64,000 nt of DNA from NCBI GenBank assembly GCA_964016885.1, contig OZ024741.1, forward strand, positions 408,456,001-408,520,000, written 5' to 3'. How positions within the stretch are numbered: position 1 is the first letter of the stretch; each line of letters starts with the position of its first letter. Source of the DNA: Eledone cirrhosa (taxonomy: Eukaryota). Shown piece after piece: positions 13,389 through 25,600 of this stretch. Under the pieces are notes generated by a model. It saw only the letters and a list, made by a program, of their open reading frames with translations, ran no database searches and was not told the origin of the DNA. The position numbers were made by a program, and so were the translations under genes.

Positions 13389-15607
13389 TGACAAGCCTTA
13401 TCCTATGTGGCTCACCTTATGACAAGCCTTATCCTATATGGCCCTTATGACAAGCCTTATCGTATATGGCTCACCTTATGACAAGCCTTATCCTATGTGA
13501 CCCTTATAACAAGCCTTATCCTATGTGGCTCACCTTATGACAAGCCTTATACTATGTGGCCCATATTACAAGCCTTATTCTATGTGGCTCACCTTTTGAC
13601 AACCCTTATCGTATATGGCTCACCTTATGACAAGCCTTATCCTATGTGGCTCACCTTATGACAAGCCTTATCTTATGTGGTTCACCTTATGACAAGCCTT
13701 ATCCTATGTGGCCCTTATGACAAGCCTTATCCTATGTGGCCAACCTTATTACAAGCCTTATCCTATGTGGCAAACCTTATGACAAGCCTTATCCTATGTG
13801 GCTTTGCTTATGACAAGCCTTATTCTTGGAGGCCAACCTTATGACATGCCTTATCCTCTGTGGCCAACCTTATGACAAGTCTTATCCTATATGGTCAACC
13901 TTATGACAAGCCTTAATTTATGTGGCCCTTATGACAAGCATTATCCTATGTGGCCCACCTTATGACAAGCTTTATCCTATGTGGCACACCTTATGACATA
14001 CCTTTTCCTATGTGGCTCACCTTATCACAAGCCTTATCCTATGTGGCCTTTATGACATGCCGTGTCGTATATGGCTCACCTTATGACAAGCCTTATCCTA
14101 TGTGGCTTACCTTATGACAAGCCTTATCCTATGTGGCCAACCTCATGACAAGCCTTATTCTATGTGGCCAATCTTATAACAAGCCTTATCCTATGTGGCT
14201 CACCTGATGACAAGCCTTATACTATGTAGCTCTTATGACAAGCCTTATCCTATATGGCCAACCTTATTACAAGCCTTATCCGATGTGGCCAACCTTATGA
14301 CAAGCCTTATCCAATATGGCTGCGCTAATGACAAGCTTATCCTATGTGGCTCCCCTTATGACAAGCCTTATTCTATGTGGCCCAACTTATGACAAGCCTT
14401 TTCCTATGTGGCCCACCTTATGACCAGCCTTATCCTATGTGGATCCCCTAATGACAAGCCTTATTCTTTGAGGCCAACCTTATGCAAAACATATCCTCTG
14501 TGCCCAACCTTTTGACAAGTCTTATCCTATGTGGTCAACCTTATGATACGTCTTATTCTATGTGGCCCTTATGACAAACATTTTCCTATGTGGCCCACTT
14601 TATGACAAGCCTTATCCTATGGAGCTCCCATTATCACAAGCCTTATCCTATGTGGCCCTTATGACAAGCCTTAATTTATGAGGCTCCCCTTATGACAAGC
14701 CTTATCCTATGAGGCTCCTATTATGACAAGCCTTATCCTTTGTGGCCCACCTTATGACAAGCCTTATCCTATGTGGCTCCCCTTATGATAAGCCTTATCC
14801 TATGTGGCCAACCTTATGACAAGCCTTATCCTATGTGGCTCACCTTAACACAAGCCTTATCCTATGTGGCTCACCTTATGACAAGCCTTATCGTATAGGG
14901 CTCACCTTATGACAAGCCTTATTCTATGTGGCTCACCTTATGACAAGCCTTATCCTATGTGGCCAACCTTATGCCAAGCCTTATCCTATGTGACCCTTAT
15001 TACAAGCTCTATCCTATGTGGCTCACCTTATGACAAGCCTTATCGTATATGGCTCACCTTATGACAAGCCTTATCCGATGTGGCCAACCTTATGACAAGC
15101 CTTATCCTATGTGGCTGCACTTAAAACAAGCCTTATCCTATGTGGCTCCCCTTATGACAAGACTTATCCTATGTGGCCCACCTTATGACAAGCCTCATCC
15201 TATGTGGATCCCCTTATGACAAGCCTTATTCTTTGACGCCGATCTTATGCAAAACATCCTCTCTGGTCAACCTTATGACACGCCTTATTCTATGTGGCCC
15301 TTATGACAAGCATTTTACTATGTGGCTCAGCTTATGACAAGTCTTATTCTATGTGGCCCACCTTATGACAAGCCTTATCCTATGTGGATCACCTTATAAC
15401 AAGCCTTATCCTATGTGGCTCACCTTATGACAAGCCTTATCCTATGTGGCCCTTATGACAAGCCTTATCCTATGTGGCCCGTATGACAAGCCCTATCCTA
15501 TGTGGCTCCTTTTATGACAACCCTTATCCTATGTGGCCAACCGTATGACAAGTCTTATCCTATGAGGCTCTCCTTATGACAAGCCTTATCCTATGTGGCC
15601 AACCTTA
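13387..15607. repeat. Satellite B, 31/28-bp monomer, array 1
   Basis: Tandem ATGACAAGCCTTATCCTATGTGGC(TCA/CAA/CCA/TCC/-)CCTT. It begins abruptly at CAACCAGG-TA-TGACAAGCC and ends at GGCCA-ACCTTA-GTAAGG. Confidence 0.98.
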
Positions 15608-18600
15608 GTAAGGTGAGGCAAAAGTGCTGACACAACCAGGTAACCTCACCTGACACCTCAGTAGGGTGAGACTAAGGTACTGACACAACCAGTTAACATC
15701 ACCTGACACCTACGTAAGGTGAGGCTAAGGTGCTGACACAACCAGGCAACCTCACCTCACACCTCTCTAGGGTGAGGCTAAGGTACTGAAACAACCAGGT
15801 AACATCAGCTGACACCTGAGTAAGGTGAGGCTAAGGTACTGACACAACCAGGTAACCTCACCTGACACCTCAGTAAGGTGAAGCTAAGGTGCTGACATAA
15901 CCAGGTAACCTGATCTGACACCTCAGTAAGGTGAAGCTAAGGTGCTGAAACAACCAGGTAACTTCACCTGACACCTTAGTAAGGTGAGGCTAAGGGGCTG
16001 ACACAACCAGCTAACTTCACCTGACACCCCAGTAAGGCGAGGCTATGGTGCTGCACAACCATGTAATCTCATCTGACTCCTCAGTAAGGTGAGGCTAAGG
16101 TGCTGACACAACCAGGTAACCTAACCTGACACCTAATTAAGTTAAGGCTAAGGTGCTGACACAACCAGGAAACCTCATCTGACACCTCAGTAAGGTGAGG
16201 CTAAGCTGCTGACACAACCAGGTAACCTCATCTGACACCTCAGTAAGGTGAGGCTAAGGTGCTGACACAACCAGGTAACCTCATCTGACACCTCAGTAAG
16301 GTGAGGCTAAACTGCTGACACAACCAGGTAACCTCATCTGACACCTCAGTAAGGTGAGACTAAGCTGCTGACACAACCAGGTAACCTCACCTGACACCTT
16401 AGTAAGGTGAGGCTAAGGCGCTGACACAACCAGGTAACATCATCTGACACCTCAGTAAGGTGAGGCTAAGGTGCTGACACAACCAGGTCACCTCACCTGA
16501 CACCTTAGTAAGGTGAGGCTAAGGTGCTGACAGAACCAGGTAACCTCACCTGATACCTAAGTGAGATGAAGCTAATGTGCTGACACAACCAGGTAACCTC
16601 ACCTGACACCTCAGTAGGTGAGGCTAAGGTGCTGACACAACCAGGTAACCTCACCTGACACGTCAGTACGTTAAGGCTAAGGTGCTGACACAACCAGGTA
16701 ACCTCACCTGACACCTCAGTAAGGTGAGGCTAAGGTGCTGACACAACCAGGTAACCTAATCTGACACCTTAGTAGGGTGAGGCTAAGGTGCTGACACAAC
16801 CAGGTAACCTCACCTGACATCTCAGTAAGGTGAGGCTGAGGTGCTGACACAACCAGGAACCCTCATTTCACACCTCAGTAAGGTGAGGCAAAGGTGCTGA
16901 CACAACCATGTAACCTCATGAGACACCTCAGTAAGGTGAGGCTAAGGTGCTGTCACAACCAGGTTACCTCATCTGACACCTCAGTAAGGTGAGGCTAAGG
17001 TGCTGATACAACCAGGTAACCTCGCCTGACACCTTAGTAGGGTTAGGCTAAGGTGCTGAGACAACCAGGTAACCTCAGCTGACACCTCAATAGGGTGAGT
17101 CTAAGGTGCTGACACAACCAGGTAACCTCATCTGACACCTTAGTAGGGTGAGTCTAAGGTGCTGACACAACCAGGTAACCTCATCTGACACCTCAGTAAG
17201 GTGAGGCTAAGGTGTTGACACAACCAAGTAACCTCACCTGACACCTTAGTATAGTGAGGCTAATGTGCTGACACAACCAGGTAACCTCACCTGACACCTA
17301 AGTAAGGTGAGGCTAAGGTGCTTCACAACCAGGTAACCTCACATGTCACCTCAGTAGGGTGAGGCTAAGGTGCTGACACATCAGGTAACCTCACCTGACA
17401 CCTCATTAAGTTGAGGCTAATGTGCTGACACAACCAGGTAACCTCATCTGACACCTCAGTAAGGTGAGGCTAAGGTGCTGACACAACCAAGTAACCTCAC
17501 CTGACACCTTAGTATAGTGAGGCTAATGTGCTGACACAACCAGGTAACACCACATACACCTCAGTAAGGTGAGGCTAAGGTGCTGACACAACCAGGTAAC
17601 CTCACCTGACACCCCAGTAAGGCGAGGCTAAGGTGCTGACATAACCATGTAACATCATCTGACACCTCTGTAAGGTGAGGCTAAGGTACTGACACAACCA
17701 GGTAACCTCACCTGACACCTTAGTCGGGTGAGGCTAAGATTCTGACACAACCAGATAACCTCACCTGACACCTTAGTAAGGTGAGGCTAAGGTGACACAA
17801 CCAGGTACCCTCACCTGACACCTCAGTAAGATGAGGCTAAGATGCTGATACAACCATGTAACCTCATCTGACACCTTAGTAGGGTGAGGCTAAGGTGCTG
17901 ACACAACCAGGTAACCTCACCTGACACCTCAGTAAGGTGAGTCTAAGGTGCAGATACAACCAGATAACCTCACCTGACACCTTAGTAGGGTGAGGCTAAG
18001 GTGCTGACACAACCAGGTAACCTCACCTTACACCTCATTAAGGTGAGGCTCAGGTGCTGACACAACCAGGTAACCTCAGCTGACACCTCAGTAAGGTGAG
18101 GCTAAGTTGCTGACACAACCAGGTAACCTCAACTGACACCTTAGTAGAGTGAGGCTAAGGTGCAGACACAACCAGATAACCTCACCTGACACCTTAGTAG
18201 GGTGAGGCTAAGGTGCTGACACAACCAGGTAACTTCACCTTACACCTCATTAAGGTGAGGCTAAGGTGCTGACACAACCAGGTAACCTCACCTGACACCT
18301 TAGTAGGGTTAGGCTAAGTTGCTGAGACAACCAGGTAACCTCACCTGACACCTCAATAGGGTGATTCTAATGTGCTGACACAACCAGGTAACCTCACCTG
18401 ACACCCCAGTAGGGTGAGGCTAAGGTGCTGACACAACCAGGTAACCTCACCTGACACCTCAGTAAGGCGAGGCTAAGGTGCTGACACAACCAGGTAACAT
18501 CATCTGACAACTCAGTAAGGTGAGGCTAAGGTGCTGACACAACCAGGTAACCTCATCTGACACCTTAGTAAGGTGAGGCTAAGGTGACACAACCAGGTAA

Positions 18601-21600
18601 CCTCACCTGACACCTTAGTAAGGCGAGGCTAAGGTGCTGACACAACCAGGTAACCTCACCTGACACCTCAGTAGGGTGAGGCTAAGGTGCTGACACAACC
18701 AGGTAACCTCATCTGACACCTCAGTAAGGCGAGGCTAAGGTGCTGACACAACCAGGTAACATCATCTGACAACTCAGTAAGGTGAGGCTAAGGTGCTGAC
18801 ACAACCAGGTAACCTCATCTGACACCTTAGTAAGGCGAGGCTAAGGTGCTGACACAACCAGGTAACCTCACCTGACACCTCAGTAAGGCGAGGCTAAGGT
18901 GCTGACACAACCAGGTAACCTCACCTGACACCTCAGTAAGGCGAGGCTAAGGTGCTGACACAACCAGGTAACCTCACCTAACACTCTAGTAAAGTGAGGC
19001 TAAGGTGCTGACACAACCAGGTAACCCCACATACACCTCAGTAAGGTGAGGCTATGGTGCTGACACAACCAGGTAACCTCACCTGACACCTTAGTAGGGT
19101 GAGGCTAAGGTGACACAATCAGGTACCCTCACCTGACACCTCAGTAAGGTGAGGCTAAGGTGCTGACACAACCATGTAACCTCATCTGACAAGACAGGAA
19201 GGTGAGGCTAAGGTTTCTTACACAACCAGGTAACCTCACCTGACACCTCAGTAAAGTGAGGCTAAGCTGCTGACACAACCAGGTAACCTCACCATACACA
19301 TCAGCAAAGTGAGGCTAAGTTGCTGACACAACCAGGTAACATCATCTGACACCTCAGTAAGGTGAGTCTAAGGTGCTGAGACAACCAGGCACCCTGACCT
19401 GACACCTCAGTAGGGTGAGGCTAAGGTGCTGACACAAACAGGTAACCTGACCTGACACCTTAGTAAGGTGAGGCTAAGGTGCTGACACAACCAGGTAACC
19501 TCACCTGACACCTCAGTAAGGTGAGGCTAAGGTGCTGACACAACCAGGTAACCTCACCTGACACCCCAGTAAGGCGAGGCTATGGTGCTGCACAACCAGG
19601 TAATCTCATCTGACTCCTCAGTAAGGTGAGGCTAAGGTGCTGACACAACCAGGTAACCTAACCTGACACCTCAGTAAGGTGAATCTAAGGTGCTGACACA
19701 ACCAGATAACCTCATCTGACACCTCAGTAAGGTAAGGCTAAGGTGATGACACAACCAGGTAACCTCACCTGACAACCTCAGTAAGGTGAGGCTAAGGTGC
19801 TGATACAACCAGGTAACCTCACCTGACACACCAGTAAGGTGAAGCTAAGATGCTGACACAACCAGGTAACCTCATCTGACACCTCATTAAGGTAAGGCTA
19901 AGGTGCAGACACAACCAGGTAACCTCATCTGACACCTCAGTAAGGTGAGGCTAAGGTGCTGACACAACCAGGTAACCTCATCTGACACCTTAGTAAAGTG
20001 AGGCTAAGCTGCTGACACAACCAGGTAACCTCACCTGACACCTCAGTAAGGTGAGGCTAAGGTGCTGACACAACCAGGTAACCTAACCTGACACCTAAGT
20101 GAGGTGAAGCTAATGTGCTGACACAACCAGGTAACCTCACCTGACACCTCAGTAGGTGAGGCTAAGGTGCTGACACAACCAGGTAACCTCACCTGACACG
20201 ACAGTAAGTTAAGGCTAAGGTGCTGACACAACCAGGTAACCTCACCTGACACCTCAGTAAGGTGAGGCTAAGGTGCTGACACAACCAGGTAACCTCATCT
20301 GACACCTTAGTAGGGTGAGGCTAAGGTGCTGACACAACCAGGTAACCTCACCTGACACCTAAGTAAGGTGAGGTTAAGGTGCTGACACAACCAGGTAATC
20401 TCACCTGACACCTTAGTAAGGTGAGGCTAAGGTGACACAACCAGGTAACCTGACCTGACACCTCAGTAAGGTGAGGCTAAGGTGCTGACACAACCATGTA
20501 ACCTCATCTGACACCTCAGTAAGGTGAGGCTAAGGTGCTGACACAACCAGGTAACCTCACATGACATCTCAGTAAGGTGAAGCTAAGGTGCTGACACAAC
20601 CAGGAACCCTCATTTCACACCTCAGTAAGGTGAGGCTAAGGTGCTGCCACAATCAGGTAACCTCACCTGACACCTAAGTAAGGTGAGGCTAATGTGCTGA
20701 TACAACAAGGTAACCTCACCTGACACACCAGTAAGGTGAAGCTAAGATGCTGACACAACCAGGTAACCTCACCTGACACCTTAGTAGGGTTAGGCAAAGG
20801 TGTTGACACAACCAGGTAACCTCACCTGACACCTCAGTAGGGTGAGGCTAAGGTGCTGACACAACCAGGTACCCTCACCTGACACCCCAGTAAGGCGAGG
20901 CTAAGGTGCTGACACAACCAGGTAACATCATCTGATACCTCAGTAAGGTGAGGCTAAGGTGCTGACACAACCAGGTAACCTCACCTGACACCTTAGTAGG
21001 GTGAGGCTAAGGTTCTGACACAACCAGATAACCTCACCTGACACCTTAGTAGGGTGAGGCTAAGGTGCTGACACAACCAGGTAACCTCACCTGACACCTC
21101 AGTAAGGTGAGGCTAAGGTGACACAACCAGGTACCCTCACCTGACACCTCAGTAAGGTGAGGCTAAGATGCTGACACAACCATGTAACCTCATCTGACAA
21201 GACAGTAAGGTGAGGCTAAGGTGCTGACACAACCATGTAATCTCAACTGACACCTTAGTAAAGTGAGGCTAAGCTGCTGACACAACCAGGTAACCTAACC
21301 CGACACCTGAGTAGGGTGAGGCTAAGGTGCTGACACAACCAGGTAACATTATCTGACACCTCAGTAAGGTGAGTCTAAGGTGCAGACACAACCAGATAAC
21401 CTCACCTGACACCTTAGTAGGGTGAGGCTAAGGTGCTGACACAACCAGGTAACCTCACCTTACACCTCATTAACGTGAGGCTAAGGTGCTGACACAACCA
21501 GGTAACCTTACCTGACACCTCAGCAAGGTGAGGCTAAGGTGCTGACACAACCAGGTAACCTCACCTGACACCTCGGTAAGGTGAGGCTAAGGTGCTGATA

Positions 21601-22617
21601 CAACCAGGTAACATCACCTGACACCTTAGTAAAGTGAGGCTAAGGTGCTGACACAACCAGGTAACCTCACCTGACACCTCAGTAAGGTGAGGCTAAGGTT
21701 CTGACACAACCATGTAACCTCACCTGACACCTTGTTAAGGTGAGGCTAAGGTGCTGACACAACCAGGTAACATCATCTGACACCTCAGTAACGTGAGGCT
21801 AAGGTGCTGAGACAACCAGGCACCCTCACCTGACACCTCAGTAGGGTGAGGCTAAGGTACTGACACAACCAGGTAATCTCACCTGACACCTCAGTAGGGT
21901 GAGGCTAAGGTACTGACACAACCAGGTAACATCACCTGACACCTGAGTAAGGTGAGGCTAAGGTACTGACACAACCAGGTAACCTCACCTGACACCTTAG
22001 TAGGGTGAGGCTAAGGTTCTGACACAACCAGATAACCTCACCTGACACCTTAGTAGGGTGAGAATAAGGTGCTATCGCAACCAGGTAACCTCACCTGACA
22101 CCTTAGTAAGGTGAGGCTAAGGTGCTGACACAACCTGGTCACCTCACCTGACACCCCAGTAAGGCGAGGCTAAGGTGCTGACACAACCAGGTAACCTCAT
22201 CTGACACCTAAGTAAGGTGAGGCTAAGGTGCTGACACAACCAGGTAACCTCACCTGACACCTTAGTAGGGTGAGGCTAAGGTTCTGACACAACCAGATAA
22301 CCTCACCTGACACCTTAGTAGGGTGAGGCTAAGGTGCTGACACAACCAGGTAACCTCACCCGACACCTCAGTAAGGTGAGGCTAAGGTGCTGACACAAAC
22401 AGGTACCCTCATCTGACACCTCAGTAAGGTGAGGCTAAGGTGCTGACACAACCAGGTAACCTCACCTGACACCTCAGTAGGGTGAGGCTAAGGTACTGAC
22501 ACAACCAGGTAACCTCACCTGACACCTTAGTAGGGTGAGGCTAAGGTACTGACACAACCAGGTAACCTCACCTGACACCTTAGTTGGGTGAGGCTAAGGT
22601 ACTGACACAACCAGGTA
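15602..22617. repeat. Satellite A, array 2
   Basis: Same 53-bp monomer and orientation as array 1. The order of variant monomers mirrors ~6300-13388. Confidence 0.98.
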
Positions 22618-25600
22618 TGACAAGCCTTATCCTATGTGGCTCACCTTATGACAAGCCTTATCCTATATGGCCCTTATGACAAGCCTTATCGTATATGGCT
22701 CACCTTATGACAAGCCTTATCCTATGTGACCCTTATAACAAGCCTTATCCTATGTGGCTCACCTTATGACAAGCCTTATACTATGTGGCCCATATTACAA
22801 GCCTTATTCTATGTGGCTCACCTTTTGACAACCCTTATCGTATATGGCTCACCTTATGACAAGCCTTATCCTATGTGGCTCACCTTATGACAAGCCTTAT
22901 CTTATGTGGTTCACCTTATGACAAGCCTTATCCTATGTGGCCCTTATGACAAGCCTTACCCTATGTGGCCAACCTTATTACAAGCCTTATCCTATGTGGC
23001 AAACCTTATGACAAGCCTTATCCTATGTGGCTTTGCTTATGACAAGCCTTATTCTTGGAGGCCAACCTTATGACATGCCTTATCCTCTGTGGCCAACCTT
23101 ATGACAAGTCTTATCCTATATGGTCAACCTTATGACAAGCCTTAATTTATGTGGCCCTTATGACAAGCATTATCCTATGTGGCCCACCTTATGACAAGCT
23201 TTATCCTATGTGGCACACCTTATGACATACCTTTTCCTATGTGGCTCACCTTATCACAAGCCTTATCCTATGTGTCCTTTATGACATGCCGTGTCGTATA
23301 TGGCTCACCTTATGACAAGCCTTATCCTATGTGGCTTACCTTATGACAAGCCTTATCCTATGTGGCCAACCTCATGACAAGCCTTATTCTATGTGGCCAA
23401 CCTTATAACAAGCCTTATCCTATGTGGCTCACCTGATGACAAGCCTTATACTATGTAGCTCTTATGACAAGCCTTATCCTATATGGCCAACCTTATTACA
23501 AGCCTTATCCGATGTGGCCAGCCTTATGACAAGCCTTATCCAATATGGCTGCGCTAATGACAAGCTTATCCTATGTGGCTCCCCTTATGACAAGCCTTAT
23601 TCTATGTGGCCCAACTTATGACAAGCCTTTTCCTATGTGGCCCACCTTATGACCAGCCTTATCCTATGTGGATCCCCTAATGACAAGCCTTATTCTTTGA
23701 GGCCAACCTTATGCAAAACATATCCTCTGTGCCCAACCTTTTGACAAGTCTTATCCTATGTGGTCAACCTTATGATACGTCTTATTCTATGTGGCCCTTA
23801 TGACAAACATTTTCCTATGTGGCCCACTTTATGACAAGCCTTATCCTATGGAGCTCCCATTATCACAAGCCTTATCCTATGTGGCCCTTATGACAAGCCT
23901 TAATTTATGAGGCTCCCCTTATGACAAGCCTTATCCTATGAGGCTCCTATTATGACAAGCCTTATCCTTTGTGGCCCACCTTATGACAAGCCTTATCCTA
24001 TGTGGCTCCCCTTATGACAAGCCTTATCCTATGTGGCCAACCTTATGACAAGCCTTATCCTATGTGGCTCACCTTAACACAAGCCTTATCCTATGTGGCT
24101 CACCTTATGACAAGCCTTATCGTATAGGGCTCACCTTATGACAAGCCTTATTCTATGTGGCTCACCTTATGACAAGCCTTATCCTATGTGGCCAACCTTA
24201 TGCCAAGCCTTATCCTATGTGACCCTTATTACAAGCCCTATCCTATGTGGCTCACCTTATGACAAGCCTTATCGTATATGGCTCACCTTATGACAAGCCT
24301 TATCCGATGTGGCCAACCTTATGACAAGCCTTATCCTATGTGGCTGCACTTAAAACAAGCCTTATCCTATGTGGCTCCCCTTATGACAAGACTTATCCTA
24401 TGTGGCCCACCTTATGACAATCCTCATCCTATGTGGATCCCCTTATGACAAGCCTTATTCTTTGACGCCGATCTTATGCAAAACATCCTCTCTGGTCAAC
24501 CTTATGACACGCCTTATTCTATGTGGCCCTTATGACAAGCATTTTACTATGTGGCTCAGCTTATGACAAGTCTTATTCTATGTGGCCCACCTTATGACAA
24601 GCCTTATCCTATGTGGATCACCTTATAACAAGCCTTATCCTATGTGGCTCACCTTATGACAAGCCTTATCCTATGTGGCCCTTATGACAAGCCTTATCCT
24701 ATGTGGCCCGTATGACAAGCCCTATCCTATGTGGCTCCTTTTATGACAACCCTTATCCTATGTGGCCAACCGTATGACAAGTCTTATCCTATGAGGCTCT
24801 CCTTATGACAAGCCTTATCCTATGTGGCCAACCTTATGAAAAGCCTTATCCTATGTGGCCCTTATGACAAGCCTTATCCTATGTGGCCAACCTTATGACA
24901 AGCCTTATCCTATGTGGCTTCCCTTATGACAAGACTTATCCTATGAGGCTCCCCTTATGACAAGCCTTATCCTATGTGGCCAACCTTATGACAAGCCTTA
25001 TCCTATGTAGCCAACCTTATGACAAGCCTTATCTTATGTCGCTCACCTTATGACAAGCCTTATCCTAGGTGGCCCTTATGACAAGCCTTATCCTATGTGG
25101 CCAACCTTATGAGAAGCCTTATCCTATGTGGCTCACCTTGTGATAAGACTTATCCTATGTGGCGCTTATGACAAGTATTATCCTGTGGCCCACCTTATGA
25201 CAAGCCTTATCCTATGTGGCCCACCTTATGACAAGCCTTATCCTATATGACCCACCTTATGACAAGCCTTATCCTATGTGGCTCCGCTTATGACAAGCCT
25301 TATTCTTGGAGGCCAACCTTATTACATGCGTTATCCTCTGTGGCCAACCTTATGACAAGTCTTATCCTATGTGGTCAACCTTATGACAAGCCTTATTTTA
25401 TATGGCCCTTATGACAAGCATTATCCTATGTGGCCCACCTTATGACAAGCCTTATCCTATGTGGCACACCTTAGGACATACCTTTTCCTATGTGGCTCAA
25501 CTTATGACAAGATTTATCCTATGTGGCCTTTATGACAAGCCTTGTCGTATATGGCTCACCTTATGACAAGCCTTCTCCTATGTGTCTCACCTTATAACAA

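Larger units (their letters stand above)
6290..24836. repeat. ~9.2-kb tandem segmental duplication of a satellite A + satellite B block (left boundary approximate)
   Basis: Identical A/B junctions at 13387 and 22616. The ORF-track pairs 14195/23424, 10970/20043 and 7964/16505 are near-identical. The rare variant ACCTCTCTAG occurs at 6291 and 15761. Confidence 0.9.
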
